Positions 63,281 through 64,000 of a stretch of DNA of 64,000 nucleotides are shown piece by piece. The position numbers and the translations under genes are program-made. Location of the stretch: positions 33,083 through 97,082 of the forward strand of contig CAZWGV010000001.1 in NCBI GenBank assembly GCA_964633595.1. Reading direction: 5' to 3'. How positions within the stretch are numbered: position 1 is the stretch's first letter; each line of letters begins with the position of its first letter. The notes under the pieces were generated by a model. It was not told the origin of the DNA. It searched no databases and worked only from the letters and a program-made list of their open reading frames with translations. Source of the stretch: an uncultured Coriobacteriaceae bacterium (GTDB lineage Bacteria; Actinomycetota; Coriobacteriia; Anaerosomatales; CAZWGV01).

Positions 63281-64000
63281 ATGGGCTCCAGACGACGCCG
63301 ACTCGCTGCGCTTCTGGCAGTCCCCGCGCTTGCCAGCGCGATAGCCTGCACGCAGGAGCTGCCCAGCGATCTGTCATCCAGCCGGGGCAGGGTGTCCGTC
63401 AAGGTAGCGGGCTCTGACGCGTGCCTGAAGTTGGTGCGCCTGCTCGCCGAGGAGTATCAACGAACCAATCCCGGCGTCGACTTCGTGTACCTTCCCGGAG
63501 TTCACTCGGGTGAGGGTATCGCCGGCGTTGCAGATGGGCACCTCGACCTGGGAGCAGTCTCGCGACCTCTCAATGCGGATGAAGAGGACCTCGGCCTCCG
63601 ACACGCTGTACTGTCCGAGGATGCGATCGCTCTCTTGGCCCACGTCAGTGCCGGGGTCGACGGCATCACGACCCAGCAGGTTCAGGACATCTACCGGGGG
63701 TCGTGCATGAACTGGAATGACCTTGGTGGTCGCAATATGCCCATCGTCGTGCTGGATCGACCGGAGGGCACATCATCCAAGGCGGCGTTTCGGAAGCATG
63801 TTCTCGGGGAGATCCATGTCGCTCGTCGCGCCATTGTTGTGGAGAGGGAGGGCGACGCCCTGGAGGCTGTTCGTTCTACGAAGGGGGCGATCGGATACAT
63901 ATCGCTCGGCTTGACCAGGTCCGATGTACATCAGGGTGGACTTCGATACCTTGCGCTTGACGGCGTTCGGCCAGAGGTGGAGAACGTTGTCGGCGGAAGT
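63281..64000 (+). CDS. PstS-like (PBP type 2) phosphate/anion-binding lipoprotein, partial (3' end outside window)
   Basis: Absent from the ORF track because it has no stop in the window. ATG 63281, MGSRRRRLAALLAVPALASAIAC (lipobox), then VKVAGSDACLKLVRLLAEEYQRTNPGVDFVYLPGVHSGEGIAGVADGHLDLGAVSRPL...ITTQQVQDIYRG...WNDLGG...GAIGYISLG, a PstS-family pattern. Confidence 0.7.
   Translation, partial: MGSRRRRLAALLAVPALASAIACTQELPSDLSSSRGRVSVKVAGSDACLKLVRLLAEEYQRTNPGVDFVYLPGVHSGEGIAGVADGHLDLGAVSRPLNADEEDLGLRHAVLSEDAIALLAHVSAGVDGITTQQVQDIYRGSCMNWNDLGGRNMPIVVLDRPEGTSSKAAFRKHVLGEIHVARRAIVVEREGDALEAVRSTKGAIGYISLGLTRSDVHQGGLRYLALDGVRPEVENVVGGS

Overview
High-GC, gene-dense chromosomal window with about 60 supportable protein genes, many joined by 4-nt ATGA/GTGA start-stop overlaps. 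I found one ncRNA (small SRP RNA) and no rRNA, tRNA, CRISPR array, transposase or integrase. The ORF track carries many long shadow ORFs on the opposite strand or in other frames, as expected at this GC content; I rejected these. Content by region: (1) 1-3475, a minus-strand exopolysaccharide operon with a HasA/NodC-like processive GT2, a CE4 deacetylase and a third partial gene. (2) 5441-13654, the stand-out locus: MarR, a TM-anchored TPR protein, an NHL beta-propeller, a long leader, a secreted hexahaem cytochrome, two membrane-anchored cytochromes with 12 and 11 CxxCH sites (29 haem sites in total), then an intact heliorhodopsin gene and a small DUF1801-like gene. (3) AzlCD, DUF3786, YbaN and small enzymes. 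(4) 18.9-22 kb, a decayed gamma-glutamyltranspeptidase / N-formylglutamate-amidohydrolase region next to an intact ATP-grasp::M20 peptidase fusion. (5) Archaeal-type bifunctional FBP aldolase/phosphatase plus glucokinase. (6) A toroid-domain::YcaQ/AlkZ-like fusion. (7) ABC-2 exporter and MFS transporter. (8) Two large secreted repeat proteins. (9) TusA-DsrE-cysteine desulfurase-IscU::TrxR-like sulfur/Fe-S cluster. (10) ffs-dnaX-ybaB-recR. (11) A four-subunit 2-oxoacid:ferredoxin oxidoreductase operon and a partial PstS-like lipoprotein gene at the right edge. The gene content suggests an anaerobic or facultative monoderm, probably a deep-branching Actinomycetota-like lineage; taxonomy cannot be proven from this window. 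All family calls rest on motif recognition by eye. No database search was run.
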